Positions 38,814 through 49,595 of a stretch of DNA of 64,000 nt are shown here, in pieces. The DNA is taken from positions 288,001-352,000 of the forward strand of contig CAVRCF010000002.1 in NCBI GenBank assembly GCA_963719505.1, given 5' to 3'. Position numbers and translations under genes: made by a program. Below the pieces are notes generated by a model that was not told where the DNA came from, made no database searches, and saw only the letters and a list, made by a program, of their open reading frames with translations. Origin of the DNA: Halobacteriovoraceae bacterium (lineage in GTDB: Bacteria; Bdellovibrionota; Bacteriovoracia; Bacteriovoracales; Bacteriovoracaceae). Each line of letters opens with the position of its first letter. Position 1 is the first letter of the stretch.

Positions 38814-39731
38814 TTAAAATCTCCAAGCAAGTATATGACTTATCTTTTGCCCATGGTTCATCTCAATTGTTCGGATCTCTACTTTTTCTTGATATTCAAG
38901 TTCTTTATAAAGAGCTTTTAAGTGAGCTTTATTTGAAACAAGACAGGTGAACCAATTACATTGTTCTTTGAATCTCTCACTTTCTTTAATCATTTTTTTG
39001 ATTAAAGCGAGCTCACCGCCTTGGCACCATAGTTCGTCTTTGACTCCACCAAAGTTTGACAATTTCTTTTGATCCTCAGCATGTCCCTTTTTCTTTTTAT
39101 TGATATTAAGGTTTTTAATCTTGCGGGCCGAGTTTCTTTTCGCTTCCTCTAGGGAGGAGTAAAAGGGAGGGTTGCAAATTGTAAAATCAAAGTATTCTTC
39201 AAACTTGATGATACCTTGAAAAAAATGATGATCAGAGTCCTGAAATCTGAGTTTGATATTTTTTTTATGAGTCGGATTAGAATCTAGAATTTTGTTGGCA
39301 TGGTTGATTGAATGTGAGTTTATATCGCTTCCAACAAATTTCCATCCATAGATACTTTTTCCTAATATCGGATAAATACAGCTGGCTCCAGCTCCTATAT
39401 CGAGCCCTTTTACTTTGGGTCCCACAGGAATATCTCCATCGTGTTCCTCTGATAAAAGGTCAGCAATATAGTGAATATAATCTGCTCTTCCCGGTACTGG
39501 AGGACAAAGGTTTCCGTTTGGTATACTCCAGTCTTTTATAGCGTACTGATGGATCAAAAGAGCTTGATTTAAACACAGTACAGCTTTAGGGTCGGAGTAG
39601 TCTATACTTTGAGTTTGATACTGGTTTTCTTTAACAAAGGTTGAGAGCTTAGGGTGTGAGGCCATAAGTTCTTTAAAGTCATAGTCTTCTTTATAAATAT
39701 TTCTTGGGTGAAACCCCTTATCTTTTTCCAT
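38814..39731 (-). CDS. rlmF: 23S rRNA m6A1618 methyltransferase
   Basis: HPRN, LCPPVPGRADYIH, LDIGAGASCIYP, CNPPF, NFGG..ELWC.GGE, M.HGQK.S...AW. Confidence 0.95.
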   Translation of the reverse strand: MEKDKGFHPRNIYKEDYDFKELMASHPKLSTFVKENQYQTQSIDYSDPKAVLCLNQALLIHQYAIKDWSIPNGNLCPPVPGRADYIHYIADLLSEEHDGDIPVGPKVKGLDIGAGASCIYPILGKSIYGWKFVGSDINSHSINHANKILDSNPTHKKNIKLRFQDSDHHFFQGIIKFEEYFDFTICNPPFYSSLEEAKRNSARKIKNLNINKKKKGHAEDQKKLSNFGGVKDELWCQGGELALIKKMIKESERFKEQCNWFTCLVSNKAHLKALYKELEYQEKVEIRTIEMNHGQKISHILAWRF

Positions 39732-39817
39732 AATATTCTTCTTACCTCAGTTCACTTCAGAAGATAAGCTTTTTAGATTTTTAAATTGGAAAGAAGATTA
39801 AAAAGGGTTAATCTTTA

Positions 39818-40660
39818 ATGAAGATGGCAGATTCAAATATTAAAATTCATGTGAAAAATAGTAAACAACCCTTTGCGCGTGATGTTTAATTCTTTTTAAT
39901 GTCAAAGAGTTGGACAAAGGTCTTTTTGATCATCTATTTTGCTTTCATTTTGATAAATGTTTTATTTGGCTCAATTTACTTTCTCTTACCAAATTCCTTA
40001 ACACTAGAAAACCCAAGTTGGTGGGATTGTTTCTTTTTCAGTATTCAAACTCTTTCAACTATAGGTTACGGGACGATCTCTCCGCTGAGTTTTGATGCCA
40101 ACCTGGTAGTGAGTATTGAGTCGGGACTAGGTCTCATCTTTACCGCACTTGTTACGGGAATTGTTTTTTCAAAGTTTTCAAGGCCATCTGCAAAGATAAC
40201 ATTTTCAAAGCCAGTTCTTATCAATAATCATGATGGAAAGAGAGTGCTAACCTTTAGAGTGGGCAATATTCGAGGAAATGATATCGTTGATGCCTCTATC
40301 AAGGTTTCAGCTCTGATAGAAGAAAAGAGCGCCGAGGGCACAAAGCTTAGAAGAATAAGAGAGCTAAAACTAGAGAGATCTCATTCTCCATTTTTTTCGC
40401 TCTCTTGGGTTCTTTTTCATCCGATAGATGAACATTCACCTATTTTTGATCTCGTCGGTTCTGACTCCATTGATCCTAAACTCTTTTCTATCGCCTGCCT
40501 TTTGACGGGACACGATGGAAATTATTCCCAAACTATATATGCAAGACATTCATATTACGGTGAAGACTTTGTGTTTGATCGCTATTTTGCTGACGTTTTA
40601 ACAAACCTACCTGATAGAGTCATTGAAATCGACTTTATGCATTTTGATGATCTTCGATAA
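39818..40660 (+). CDS. KirBac-type inward-rectifier K+ channel; in-frame TAA at 39887-39889 interrupts the N-terminus
   Basis: FFFSIQTLSTIGYG filter, KFSRP, FRVGNIR, LSWVLFHPIDE.SP. The upstream frame reads MKMADSNIKIHVKNSKQPFARDV*FFLMSKSW. Confidence 0.88.
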
Positions 40661-40665
40661 TTTGA

Positions 40666-42009
40666 TTACCTTTTATTTGCATAGAGCTTAGATCGCTTTA
40701 GAATATTGTAGTAATTTCTGATTCGATTTACATAGAGGACAGGTTCAAGGCCTCTGGCATAGCCGTGGGGCAGTCTTTTATAAATTTTTCTAGAAGAGAG
40801 CAAAGGCAGAACCTTTTTTACTCCAGACCAACTGTTTGGATTTTTATTCTTCCAAGCCGCGACACCTCTTGCATCTCTGAGATGAGCAAAACCTACATTG
40901 TATGCTGCCAGTGTCATCCATTTTCGATTGGTGCCAGTGATATAACTAGGTATTCTTTTTTCAAGATGGTTTAGATATTTAGCCCCTCCCCAAATACTCT
41001 GTACTGGATCAAGTCGATTTTTGACACCCATATATTTTGCTGTGCTAAGAGTTAGCATCATAAAGCCCCTGACTCCTGTTGGGCTTATCGACTTAGGATC
41101 CCAGTGAGATTCTTGATAGGCAATGGCCGCTAAGAGCGTCCAGCTCCATCCAAACTGTGCTGCCGCTTTTTTAAGATGAACTTCGTATGCGGGAAGGCGA
41201 GTTTTAATTCTTTTTCTAAACTTCTTTAAATCATAGGAATCAAAATCTTTCACAAATGAGAAATAGTTTTCTTTTAGAGAAGGAAGTTTATTTTTTCTAA
41301 TTGTTTTAAACCACGTCTGCATTTTCTCTTTGAGTTGGGTGGCTTCACTTGGCAATGCCCAGGCTATAGACTCTTCGCTTCCCAGTTTCATTGGAACATT
41401 GATATCCGGAAAGTAGCGCCTGTAAATTTGAACAATTTCCTCGTCGGCAACTGTACATTGATATTCGCCTTTCGCTACCGCTTGAATAAGCTCAGGGCCA
41501 GTTTTGCTTTGAACTTCCTCCCAACTAAGACCCTGATATTCTTCTTGTAGTTTTTTAAGTCTTTGAGCGTAGCTTGTCTGGGCCCCCACAACAATTTCAT
41601 ATTTTTGTAGTTCATTGAGGTTCTTTGGATTTATTGTTGGTCCACAAACTAAGTTTTGTTGCGTTTTGTGATATTCAGGTCCAAATAGAAAAACTTCCTC
41701 TCTCGACTTTGTGATAGAAATCCCAGCGGCGACGAAATCTCCTTTACCTAGTTTGAGATCATCCAAGGCTTGAGAGACAGAGTTTCTGACAATATATTTT
41801 ACCTTGAGGTTTTCATGCTCGGCAAAGGATTGAACAAGATCATGTTCAAAACCTTTTATCGTTCCATCTCGATCCTCATAGCGAGTCGTTTCTGAATTGA
41901 TAGTAATAACTTTTAAAGTTTTAGATTTTTTAATCTTCTCGAAGGAGCGCATTCCTGAGTCACAGCTAGTAATAAAAATAAAAAGAGTAATATAGATAAA
42001 ATTTTTCAT
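40666..42009 (-). CDS. mltF: Membrane-bound lytic murein transglycosylase F
   Basis: SBP-like N-terminal domain plus SLT motifs AYQESHW, SPTGVRGFMMLT, AAYNVG, GYARG.EP..YV; lipobox FITSC. Confidence 0.92.
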   Translation of the reverse strand: MKNFIYITLFIFITSCDSGMRSFEKIKKSKTLKVITINSETTRYEDRDGTIKGFEHDLVQSFAEHENLKVKYIVRNSVSQALDDLKLGKGDFVAAGISITKSREEVFLFGPEYHKTQQNLVCGPTINPKNLNELQKYEIVVGAQTSYAQRLKKLQEEYQGLSWEEVQSKTGPELIQAVAKGEYQCTVADEEIVQIYRRYFPDINVPMKLGSEESIAWALPSEATQLKEKMQTWFKTIRKNKLPSLKENYFSFVKDFDSYDLKKFRKRIKTRLPAYEVHLKKAAAQFGWSWTLLAAIAYQESHWDPKSISPTGVRGFMMLTLSTAKYMGVKNRLDPVQSIWGGAKYLNHLEKRIPSYITGTNRKWMTLAAYNVGFAHLRDARGVAAWKNKNPNSWSGVKKVLPLLSSRKIYKRLPHGYARGLEPVLYVNRIRNYYNILKRSKLYANKR

Positions 42010-42081
42010 ACTTGACCCTAGCAAATGTAGAGCCATAGTTAAAGCTCACTCTCTATACAATTTCTGAGCAAATAGGGGCAC

Positions 42082-43062
42082 TTATAGATCCAGCTGCGAT
42101 AGAGCTTTTAATGATTCGATCTTCTTTGCATTGTCAAAGATCGAAGTCACAACCATTAATTCATCTGCTTGAGTTTCATGAATAAACTCTTTTAACTCGC
42201 TTTCCACTTTTTCTTTAGTTCCGATAAAAGAGTATTTTAGCATATGCTCGGCCATCATTTTTTCACTTGGGTCCCAGTAACTATCGATATCTTTAAGAGG
42301 TGGCTGGAATTTCTTTTTCACACCTCTTCTTAAATTTGCAAAACTTTGTTTCTGACTGGTGGAAAGAAATTCAGCTTCTTCATTTGTTTTGGCTATGATG
42401 ACATTAACACCGAGAGTGACATAAGGCTTTTTTTGTTGGAAAGAAGGCTTGAAGTTATTTCTATAAAGTTCAATGGCATCAAAAATCGAGTCAGGGGCAA
42501 AGTGTGACGCAAAGGCATACGGAAGGCCGTAAAAGGCTGCAAGTTGCGCTCCAAAGGTACTCGAGCCTAAAATCCAAAGGGGGACTTCTAGACCTGAACC
42601 GGGATGAGCTTGGATAGAAGAATCCTTATTCTCTTTTGAAAAATAATGTTGTAGCTCTTTCACGTCTTCTGGAAATCTATTTGAACTATCGATATCTGTT
42701 CTTAGGGCTTGTAGGGTTTTTCTATCGGTCCCTGGTGCTCTTCCAAGGCCCAAATCAATTCTTCCCGGATAAAGAGATTCTAGAGTTCCAAATTGTTCTG
42801 CAATGACAAGGGGCGAATGATTTGGCAACATGATGCCTCCAGCTCCAAGTCTTATTTTTTTTGTTCCCGCTGCGAGAAAACCAATAACGACACTGGTCGC
42901 AGCGCTAGCAATAGCTTGCATATTATGGTGTTCAGCGACCCATATTCTATTATAACCATACTCTTCAGCTTTAATCGCAGTCTTTAGACTATTATTTAAA
43001 GCATCAGTGGCGGTTTGACCTTCATTGACGAAGACAAGATCTAGAATGGATAGCTTTGTCAT
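42082..43062 (-). CDS. LLM-class flavin-dependent monooxygenase (YhbW-like)
   Basis: [45 protein letters not shown]. Confidence 0.92.
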   Translation of the reverse strand: MTKLSILDLVFVNEGQTATDALNNSLKTAIKAEEYGYNRIWVAEHHNMQAIASAATSVVIGFLAAGTKKIRLGAGGIMLPNHSPLVIAEQFGTLESLYPGRIDLGLGRAPGTDRKTLQALRTDIDSSNRFPEDVKELQHYFSKENKDSSIQAHPGSGLEVPLWILGSSTFGAQLAAFYGLPYAFASHFAPDSIFDAIELYRNNFKPSFQQKKPYVTLGVNVIIAKTNEEAEFLSTSQKQSFANLRRGVKKKFQPPLKDIDSYWDPSEKMMAEHMLKYSFIGTKEKVESELKEFIHETQADELMVVTSIFDNAKKIESLKALSQLDL

Positions 43063-43244
43063 ATATATAACCTTAAAGTTGATCTTCCTTTAATAATACA
43101 GCTTAGCTTAAAAGTATGTCTTTTGTCCAAATGCCAGGAATGTCTTTAATTTGTCACATAAACTAGTTTTTTCCTTGAAGAATAAAAACAAATACCAATC
43201 TTTTTTCTCCATGCACTTACGTTTTTTAAGTGCTATCTTTAGGA

Positions 43245-44063
43245 ATGTTTCAAAGTCCAGTTACCCAGTGGGAAAAAATATTAAATAAGCCTCTAAAGAA
43301 CCAGATAAAGTTTTTAAACAAGGTTTGTAGTGTTAATAAAAGAGATGATCTTATCATTAGAGAAGCTTTTTTTAATAATCTTAGCTTTGAGTTAATCAAA
43401 AGAATTTTCAGACTTGTTGAAGATGTTGTTCAAGCCGATGGTATTGACTATAGCTTTCAAGATATCATCTACGATAGACTTTTAAGGGTCACTGGAATCG
43501 CTCATCTTTATCCTGAAGATAAAGAAGCTGAAGATAATATTATTGAAGGTGAGGGCTATCATGTCTACTCTGCTGGATATCATGATCTCGATCTTCTTGT
43601 CGATTTTGTTCATCAGCATAAAGATATTCATTCTCTTTGTGACTTAGGCTCTGGCTCTGGCCGCGCTCTTTTATACCTTGCTCTTGAGATAGAAAGAGAC
43701 ATGAAGTATTTGGGTCTTGAGCTTGTCGATGAAAGAGTGGACTTTACAAACTCTATTGCCGACTATTTTTCACTAGAAAATGTCAGGTTTAAAGCGAGTG
43801 ACTTTTTAGATACCCCTGAAGATTTTCTTGGTTATGATGCCTATTATCTTTACGATCCCGTGGGCACAGATGATGTTGATCTACTGGCTTCTTACTTCCA
43901 AAAAATGATTGATGATGGTGCAAAATTTTATATTTTGTTTATCTCTGGATGGGATGATTTAATGGTCAATGCCCTTGGCAAAATCAAAGGCCTTAAAATA
44001 CTCAGCTCAGTAAAAAGTCATAAACAGCAGGGAAGAGTTGTCAATTTCTATAAAGCGACTTAA
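43245..44063 (+). CDS. Class I SAM-dependent methyltransferase
   Basis: CDLGSGSGR, GLELV, DF, YLYDP. Confidence 0.8.
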   Translation: MFQSPVTQWEKILNKPLKNQIKFLNKVCSVNKRDDLIIREAFFNNLSFELIKRIFRLVEDVVQADGIDYSFQDIIYDRLLRVTGIAHLYPEDKEAEDNIIEGEGYHVYSAGYHDLDLLVDFVHQHKDIHSLCDLGSGSGRALLYLALEIERDMKYLGLELVDERVDFTNSIADYFSLENVRFKASDFLDTPEDFLGYDAYYLYDPVGTDDVDLLASYFQKMIDDGAKFYILFISGWDDLMVNALGKIKGLKILSSVKSHKQQGRVVNFYKAT

Positions 44064-44175
44064 ATTTATTTTATTTTGAGGAAGGTCTCGTCCAAGCTTT
44101 GGTGCTGCGTGAAAAGCTCTTAGCATAGTTAACTAAACTCACTTACTGCAAAAAATACGAGATGATGAGAAACAT

Positions 44176-45891
44176 CTAATTAATAAAATATTTCCTATAA
44201 TCATTATAGTTTTTTATTCGATTACCATAAGCTTTTTGAAAAGCATCATCAAAGTCTCCATCTTCTATTATTGTTAAACAAGAAGATGTTTCGGGAAGGA
44301 GTTCCTTTTTTAAGGAAGCCTTGATCTCTTCAGATGTTTTTATATACTTGTGTCGCAGTGTGGATCTATCTGAAACACCAATGTCTTCATTGATCTCCGT
44401 TGCATAAGGAAAGACTTTTCCGTGAGATCTAAACATCATAATATTCACATACTCTTTCATTCTCTCTTTTATACAGCTCTTTGCTGCGTCGTTTGAGTAA
44501 CCAGCTTCTTCTGGTGTTGTCAGTTGAATCTTTTTTGAAAGATTATTTCTATCCAAAAAGTTCTCATAAGGCTTAATATATTTCGACTCCAAAGAGTTAG
44601 AGGTTGTTCTAAGATCTCTCTCATTTATGAATTGAGTAAGTTCATTCACAGGGAGACTATCAAAGTACTGACCGATATGGTCAAACTGAGATATATAGTA
44701 TGGTTTTTCTCCATCGTAAAACTTCATAATATTTCTCGGAAGAGAGGTCTCTATTTCACCGTTACTGATAGTGTATTTGTAAACGGGATATTTTATCATT
44801 TTAAATCCCTCGTCAGAGACAAAGGAGTATACAATTTCATTTTCACCGTGGTTGTCTATGTCCCAGCGCTGCTTGGCAAAGTTCGTCTTGCCGCCAACTT
44901 GATGAAAGTAATGACCACGGGCTTCTTTGGGAAGATCTTTGTGATAGTAGAGCTCGTTAATGCACTTCATGTAAAGACTTGCCTCAAGATTTTGCGCTAT
45001 ATCTTGAATTTGCTCTATATTGCGTTCAGTTTCACTTTGAACCTCGGGTGGAGAACAGCTGCGAGATGAATCAGTTAGGAGTACTTGAGATGATACGATT
45101 GAGACTGTCTGTGGTTCCTTCTCTTTTACTTTTGTGTCGTGTTTAACAATAGCGTCTTCGACTTCTTCTTTGGGTTTAACAGTCGTTAAAATTTCAAGCT
45201 GGGCTTGGCAGCTCTTAAGATCTAAAGCTAAAGACTTTGATTTTCTTGACGACTGAATGGCGCCACAAAGTTTTGATGTGTAGTCTTTAGATTTTTCCAT
45301 TGTTAGAGGATCTTTAAAAAGTCCAGTGAAGCTCTTATTGAAGTTTTCATCCTCAATCGCTTCAAGAACACTGCTGAAATTGAAATTTTGAGGATTTGTT
45401 TGAGAAACTTCTCGAAGGGCTTTTTTTGTTTTTTCGGAGAAGTTTTGCATTTTTTCTGGCGTAGCTAAACTCACGACCGACTGGTATGAACAGTGCTTTT
45501 ATAGTTCAGATCCAAGGGCCGCAGAAACGCAAAAAGGTTTTGAGTCTGTGCTTCCAAAAACTTGGGGATTACAGGCGTATTTTCCCTTAGAACAGCTTCC
45601 TCTATATTCTTTCGCCCCATCGGCCAAAGACAGTCGACACATACCATTTTTGTACGTGCTTTGAAAGCCTAAGATTAAGCAGGGATCACCCTCTTTATAG
45701 GCATAGGCTTTTGAGAAGAGATTAAAAATTTCAGCGCTTTTATAGCTCCATTCCAAGTTGTACGGATAAAGAGTCTCAACATGAGTCACATAAGACATGA
45801 GAGACAATCTTTTTAAAGTGTTCTCTTTGTCTTTTGCATGAACAGTATGAAGGCATGCGGAAAATACTAGAAATAGGATTAGAGTTCTCAT
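44176..45891 (-). pseudogene. Secreted protein with Cys-rich N-terminal domain, interrupted by in-frame TAA at 45499-45501
   Basis: The two ORFs are in the same frame and read through as ALGSEL*KHCSYQSVVSLATP. Signal peptide and C..G...C...C..G...CNP..FG...CV motif. Confidence 0.7.
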
Positions 45892-45897
45892 GCATTC

Positions 45898-45924
45898 TTA
45901 TCGGATATTTCTTGAAATAATTAA
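45898..45924 (-). promoter_or_regulatory. sigma28-like promoter, 6 nt before ATG 45891
   Basis: Minus strand TTAA-N15-TCCGATAA. Confidence 0.45.
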
Positions 45925-46032
45925 GCCTTAACTTATAGTGTTCAGTCTAACTAATATTGAGGTGACCTTGTTGACATCTATCAACACTTTGCTCACTATA
46001 TAGCCTAGTTATGTATATTCAGGATAATATAA

Positions 46033-46476
46033 ATGAAAGAAGAGAAGCTTGCACAGGAAATGTTTGAGCGAATTCCTCCACTAATGAGCATGATGAGATC
46101 TGAAGTTCGAGCCTGTGCTCAGGGAAGTATTACGGTGCCACAATTTCGGGTGTTGGCCAATGTTCAAAGAGGTTTAAATCATGTTGTGGACATCGCCCAG
46201 CACCACGGTGTTAGTCAGCCATCGATGACAAAGCTTGTAAATAACCTGGTTTCTCGAGGCTTAATACGAAGAGAGCCGAGTGAATCTGACGGAAGAGTGA
46301 TGAATCTCTTTTTAACACAAGAAGGCGACGACCTTTTTAAATGTATAAAGAAGCAAGCGTTTAAGAGTTTGGCTAAAAAACTTAAACTCTTAGAACCAAA
46401 ACAAGTAGACGAGCTTCAATCGTTTATTTCATCGGTAGAAATATTTGTTAAGCATTTTTCGGTAGGTACAAAATGA
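46033..46476 (+). CDS. MarR-family regulator
   Basis: TVPQFRVL, VSQPSMTKLV..LV..GLI.R...DGR...L.LT..G. Confidence 0.92.
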   Translation: MKEEKLAQEMFERIPPLMSMMRSEVRACAQGSITVPQFRVLANVQRGLNHVVDIAQHHGVSQPSMTKLVNNLVSRGLIRREPSESDGRVMNLFLTQEGDDLFKCIKKQAFKSLAKKLKLLEPKQVDELQSFISSVEIFVKHFSVGTK

Positions 46477-49400
46477 AAGGTCTTATTAATTACTTCATAG
46501 GAAGGCCAGTTGTTGTTAACGCCCTTATGTTTGGACTTCTCTTTTCCTCCATCTTTCTTTGGCAAAAAATTGGAAAAGAAGAGATGCCAGAGTTTGAAAT
46601 GGAGTCTGTTAGAATCACTGTTCGATACCCGGGGGCTTCTGCCGCTGATATTGAATCTTTCATTGCCAAACCAATTGAAGAAAAACTCAAAGGGATCACT
46701 TCTTTGGATGAAGTGACTGTTAGCTCGTCTTACGGAACATGTTCTATCAGAGTAAATTTTGAGCCTAATACAGGGAATCTTTCAGAAAAAATTCAAGAAG
46801 TTAAAGACGCGGTTGATTCAGTTCCTCTTCCAAAAGAGGTAGAAGACCCCGTTTATAGGCAGTACAAAAGTTCAGAGAAAGCTATTATCGATATAGGTAT
46901 TTATTTAAAAGACGTCGAAATCTTATCTGTTTCAGATAGACAAATTCTTCAAAAGTATGCTCTTGGATTTAAGGATAAATTATTGTCCATTCCCGAAATC
47001 AGCGGCGTTGATATTTCCGGCTATTTACGACCGGAGTTGCAGGTAAAAGTTGATTCAGAAAGTCTTGAGAAGTTTGAAATCTCTATGAGTCAGGTTAAAA
47101 ATCAAATCATAAGCCAAAATGTAAGAAAGCCCATCGGATCCATGAAGGATAAACGAGAGACTGAGCTTAGCATCGTCTCTGAACTCGATAGTATAGAGTC
47201 TCTTAAGGGAGTTATCGTTACTTCTGGTTATCAGGGTCAAAGACTTAAGCTAGATAAAATTGCAAAAATTGTGGAAGGCTTTGAAGAGTCGACTTCAATT
47301 AGCAAGGTTCAAGGGCGAGAGGGGATTATATTTAATATCCAAAAGAGTGCTTCGACAGATATTTTGACAGCTCAAAAAACGATTGTTGATTTTGTAAATA
47401 GTTTTAAAAAGAACAATAAAGATTCTCCTGTGGACTTCGTTCTTATTGACGATGAATCTTACGATGTAAAAAATAGATTGGAACTTATCGGTTCTAACGG
47501 AGTGATAGGTTTTGTTCTAATTGTCATCATTCTCTTTTTCTTTCTCGACTTTCGCTCGGGAATGTGGGTGGGAATGGGAATCCCATTTTCTTTGGCCTTT
47601 ACGTTATTAGGCTCATACCTATTGGGCTACACCATCAACAATATGACCTTAGCTGCAATCATTATTGTCCTGGGAATTGTTGTCGATGATGCCATTATCG
47701 TTGCTGAAAATATTTCGAGAAATGCAAAAACTGGCGAAGTCGACAAAGCTATAAGTTCAGTTGCTGACGTCGGAGCGCCTGTTTTAGCGAGCGTTCTTAC
47801 AACCTGCGCCGCTTTTGTTCCTCTTTATTTTTTTAGTGGGCGATTTGGACTTTTTGTAAAGTATATCCCGGCTGTTATTTTTCTCATGCTTTTGGCCAGT
47901 ATCATTGAATCTTTCTTTTTTCTTCCTTCTCACATGATTCATGAGACAAAGTTTGAAAAATTTATGAAAGGGTTCTTTAAAAAGAGTAAGCTTCCAAAAA
48001 CGAGAGAGAAGTTCGTATCCATGTTGGAGAGTAAGTATACATCTGTCTTGACGAAAATTTTAAAATTGAGAGTTCCTTTTCTTTGTGGGTTTGTCGGATT
48101 GCTTTTATTTTCAGGCTATCTTTTTCAAAATCACCTAAGCTATGTCATGTTTCCCAGAGAAGAGTCTCGGGACTTTAGGTTGAAGGTCGTTACACCCGAT
48201 GGTTCAACAAGGCTAGAGACGGCAAAAATGGTAAGAGAGGTAGAGGATATCTTCTTAAATGATAGTCGTGGCATTGTGACATCTGTAAGAACGAGTGTTG
48301 GACAAAATAGAAGAGGTGGAGAAGTGAGGGAGAATGAAGCTTCGATGAGAGTTGAGATTGTTGCGCCTTCAGAAAGGAGTATCTCTTTGAATAAGTTGAT
48401 TGAACAGTGGAGTGAGAAAATAGATAAAATTGATAAATTCCAAGAAGTTAAATTTCAAAAAAGTCGCTTCGGCTCAGATAGCGGCAGTCCCATTGCTATC
48501 GAAATTCAAGAAAACAATGATGCTACTCGTGGTCAGCTTGTTCAAGAATTAAGGACTGAACTTCAAGGGCTGGATTTCCTAACGAATGTAGAAGAGGAAA
48601 AACCGGTCACCAAGTATGAATACCGCTTGGAAATTAATAAAAGCGAAGCGAGTCGCCTTGGAGTCCAGTTCGATGAGCTTGGTAATACGCTACGAGCTTA
48701 TATAGAAGGTGATATTCTTTATACCTTAAATAATGGAGAAGAAGAGGTTGATGTTCGTTTTACAAGTAATGACGACAGCAAAAAAGACGTTCAAAAACTT
48801 CTTGGACTCTTAGTCGCAAACTCAGACAATTACCTTGTACCAATAAATTCTTTAGTGACTTTAACCGAGCGTAAAAAGCCCTCTACAATTCAAAGAGTTA
48901 ATTATAAAAGAGCAACAATGCTCTATGCCGATCTTGTGAAAGGAGCAAAGATAACCCCTCTAGAGATTGCAGAACTGGTTGAGAGGGAAGTCTTTCCGAA
49001 AGTTTTAAATGGAAAACCATCTGCAAATATTCATTTTAGAGGAGAGGTAGAGGATTCAAGAGAATCTCAATCCGATTTTGCTCTTTCTATCTTTTTAGTT
49101 TTAGGTATCATTTATCTTTTGCTTATTATTTTATTTGACTCATTTTTAACACCCCTTTTAATCGGAGCGATCATACCCTTTGGCGTTATTGGAACTGTAA
49201 TAGCTTTTTGGGCCCATGGAATGGAGCAGTATGGATTCTTTGCTGTCATTGGAACCCTGGGAATGATAGGGGTTGTTATTAATGATTCAATTGTTCTCAT
49301 TGATAGGCTAGGCAGCCAACTCGTTAGCACTGATAACCTCTTTTCTAATATTGCACAGATTGCATCGACGAGGCTTAGGGCAATCATCATCACGACAATT

Positions 49401-49595
49401 ACCACCGTTGCTGGGCTTTTTCCGACGGCTTATGGTCTGGGTGGTTTTGATTCTATGCTTTCAGAAATGATGCTGGCGATGGGGTGGGGGTTATTAATTG
49501 GAATGTTTGTGACACTATTATTAGTTCCATGCATTTATTCTTTTTATGCGCAAATAAAATTAAAGAACAAGTCAAGTCTTGGAGAAGAGAAATGA
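46473..49595 (+). CDS. RND efflux permease (AcrB/MdtB-like)
   Basis: YPGASA..IE, LGIVVDDAIIVAEN, GVVINDSIVL, RLRAI..TT.TT. Confidence 0.92.
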   Translation: MKGLINYFIGRPVVVNALMFGLLFSSIFLWQKIGKEEMPEFEMESVRITVRYPGASAADIESFIAKPIEEKLKGITSLDEVTVSSSYGTCSIRVNFEPNTGNLSEKIQEVKDAVDSVPLPKEVEDPVYRQYKSSEKAIIDIGIYLKDVEILSVSDRQILQKYALGFKDKLLSIPEISGVDISGYLRPELQVKVDSESLEKFEISMSQVKNQIISQNVRKPIGSMKDKRETELSIVSELDSIESLKGVIVTSGYQGQRLKLDKIAKIVEGFEESTSISKVQGREGIIFNIQKSASTDILTAQKTIVDFVNSFKKNNKDSPVDFVLIDDESYDVKNRLELIGSNGVIGFVLIVIILFFFLDFRSGMWVGMGIPFSLAFTLLGSYLLGYTINNMTLAAIIIVLGIVVDDAIIVAENISRNAKTGEVDKAISSVADVGAPVLASVLTTCAAFVPLYFFSGRFGLFVKYIPAVIFLMLLASIIESFFFLPSHMIHETKFEKFMKGFFKKSKLPKTREKFVSMLESKYTSVLTKILKLRVPFLCGFVGLLLFSGYLFQNHLSYVMFPREESRDFRLKVVTPDGSTRLETAKMVREVEDIFLNDSRGIVTSVRTSVGQNRRGGEVRENEASMRVEIVAPSERSISLNKLIEQWSEKIDKIDKFQEVKFQKSRFGSDSGSPIAIEIQENNDATRGQLVQELRTELQGLDFLTNVEEEKPVTKYEYRLEINKSEASRLGVQFDELGNTLRAYIEGDILYTLNNGEEEVDVRFTSNDDSKKDVQKLLGLLVANSDNYLVPINSLVTLTERKKPSTIQRVNYKRATMLYADLVKGAKITPLEIAELVEREVFPKVLNGKPSANIHFRGEVEDSRESQSDFALSIFLVLGIIYLLLIILFDSFLTPLLIGAIIPFGVIGTVIAFWAHGMEQYGFFAVIGTLGMIGVVINDSIVLIDRLGSQLVSTDNLFSNIAQIASTRLRAIIITTITTVAGLFPTAYGLGGFDSMLSEMMLAMGWGLLIGMFVTLLLVPCIYSFYAQIKLKNKSSLGEEK

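Noticed and set aside
43245-44063. DNA methyltransferase of a restriction-modification system
   Set aside because: No convincing DPPY/NPPY or PC motif arrangement and no adjacent nuclease or specificity gene.
39887-45501. TAA stop-codon reassignment
   Set aside because: Many genes here end at TAA exactly where their families end (pepQ, rlmC, rlmF, gpx, curA), so two internal TAAs do not indicate recoding.
49484-49591. N-terminal extensions of ORF-track calls (also 3035, 3951, 12219, 16286, 25943, 58839, 61999)
   Set aside because: They overlap neighbouring genes or precede the signal peptide or family start; downstream ATGs fit better.
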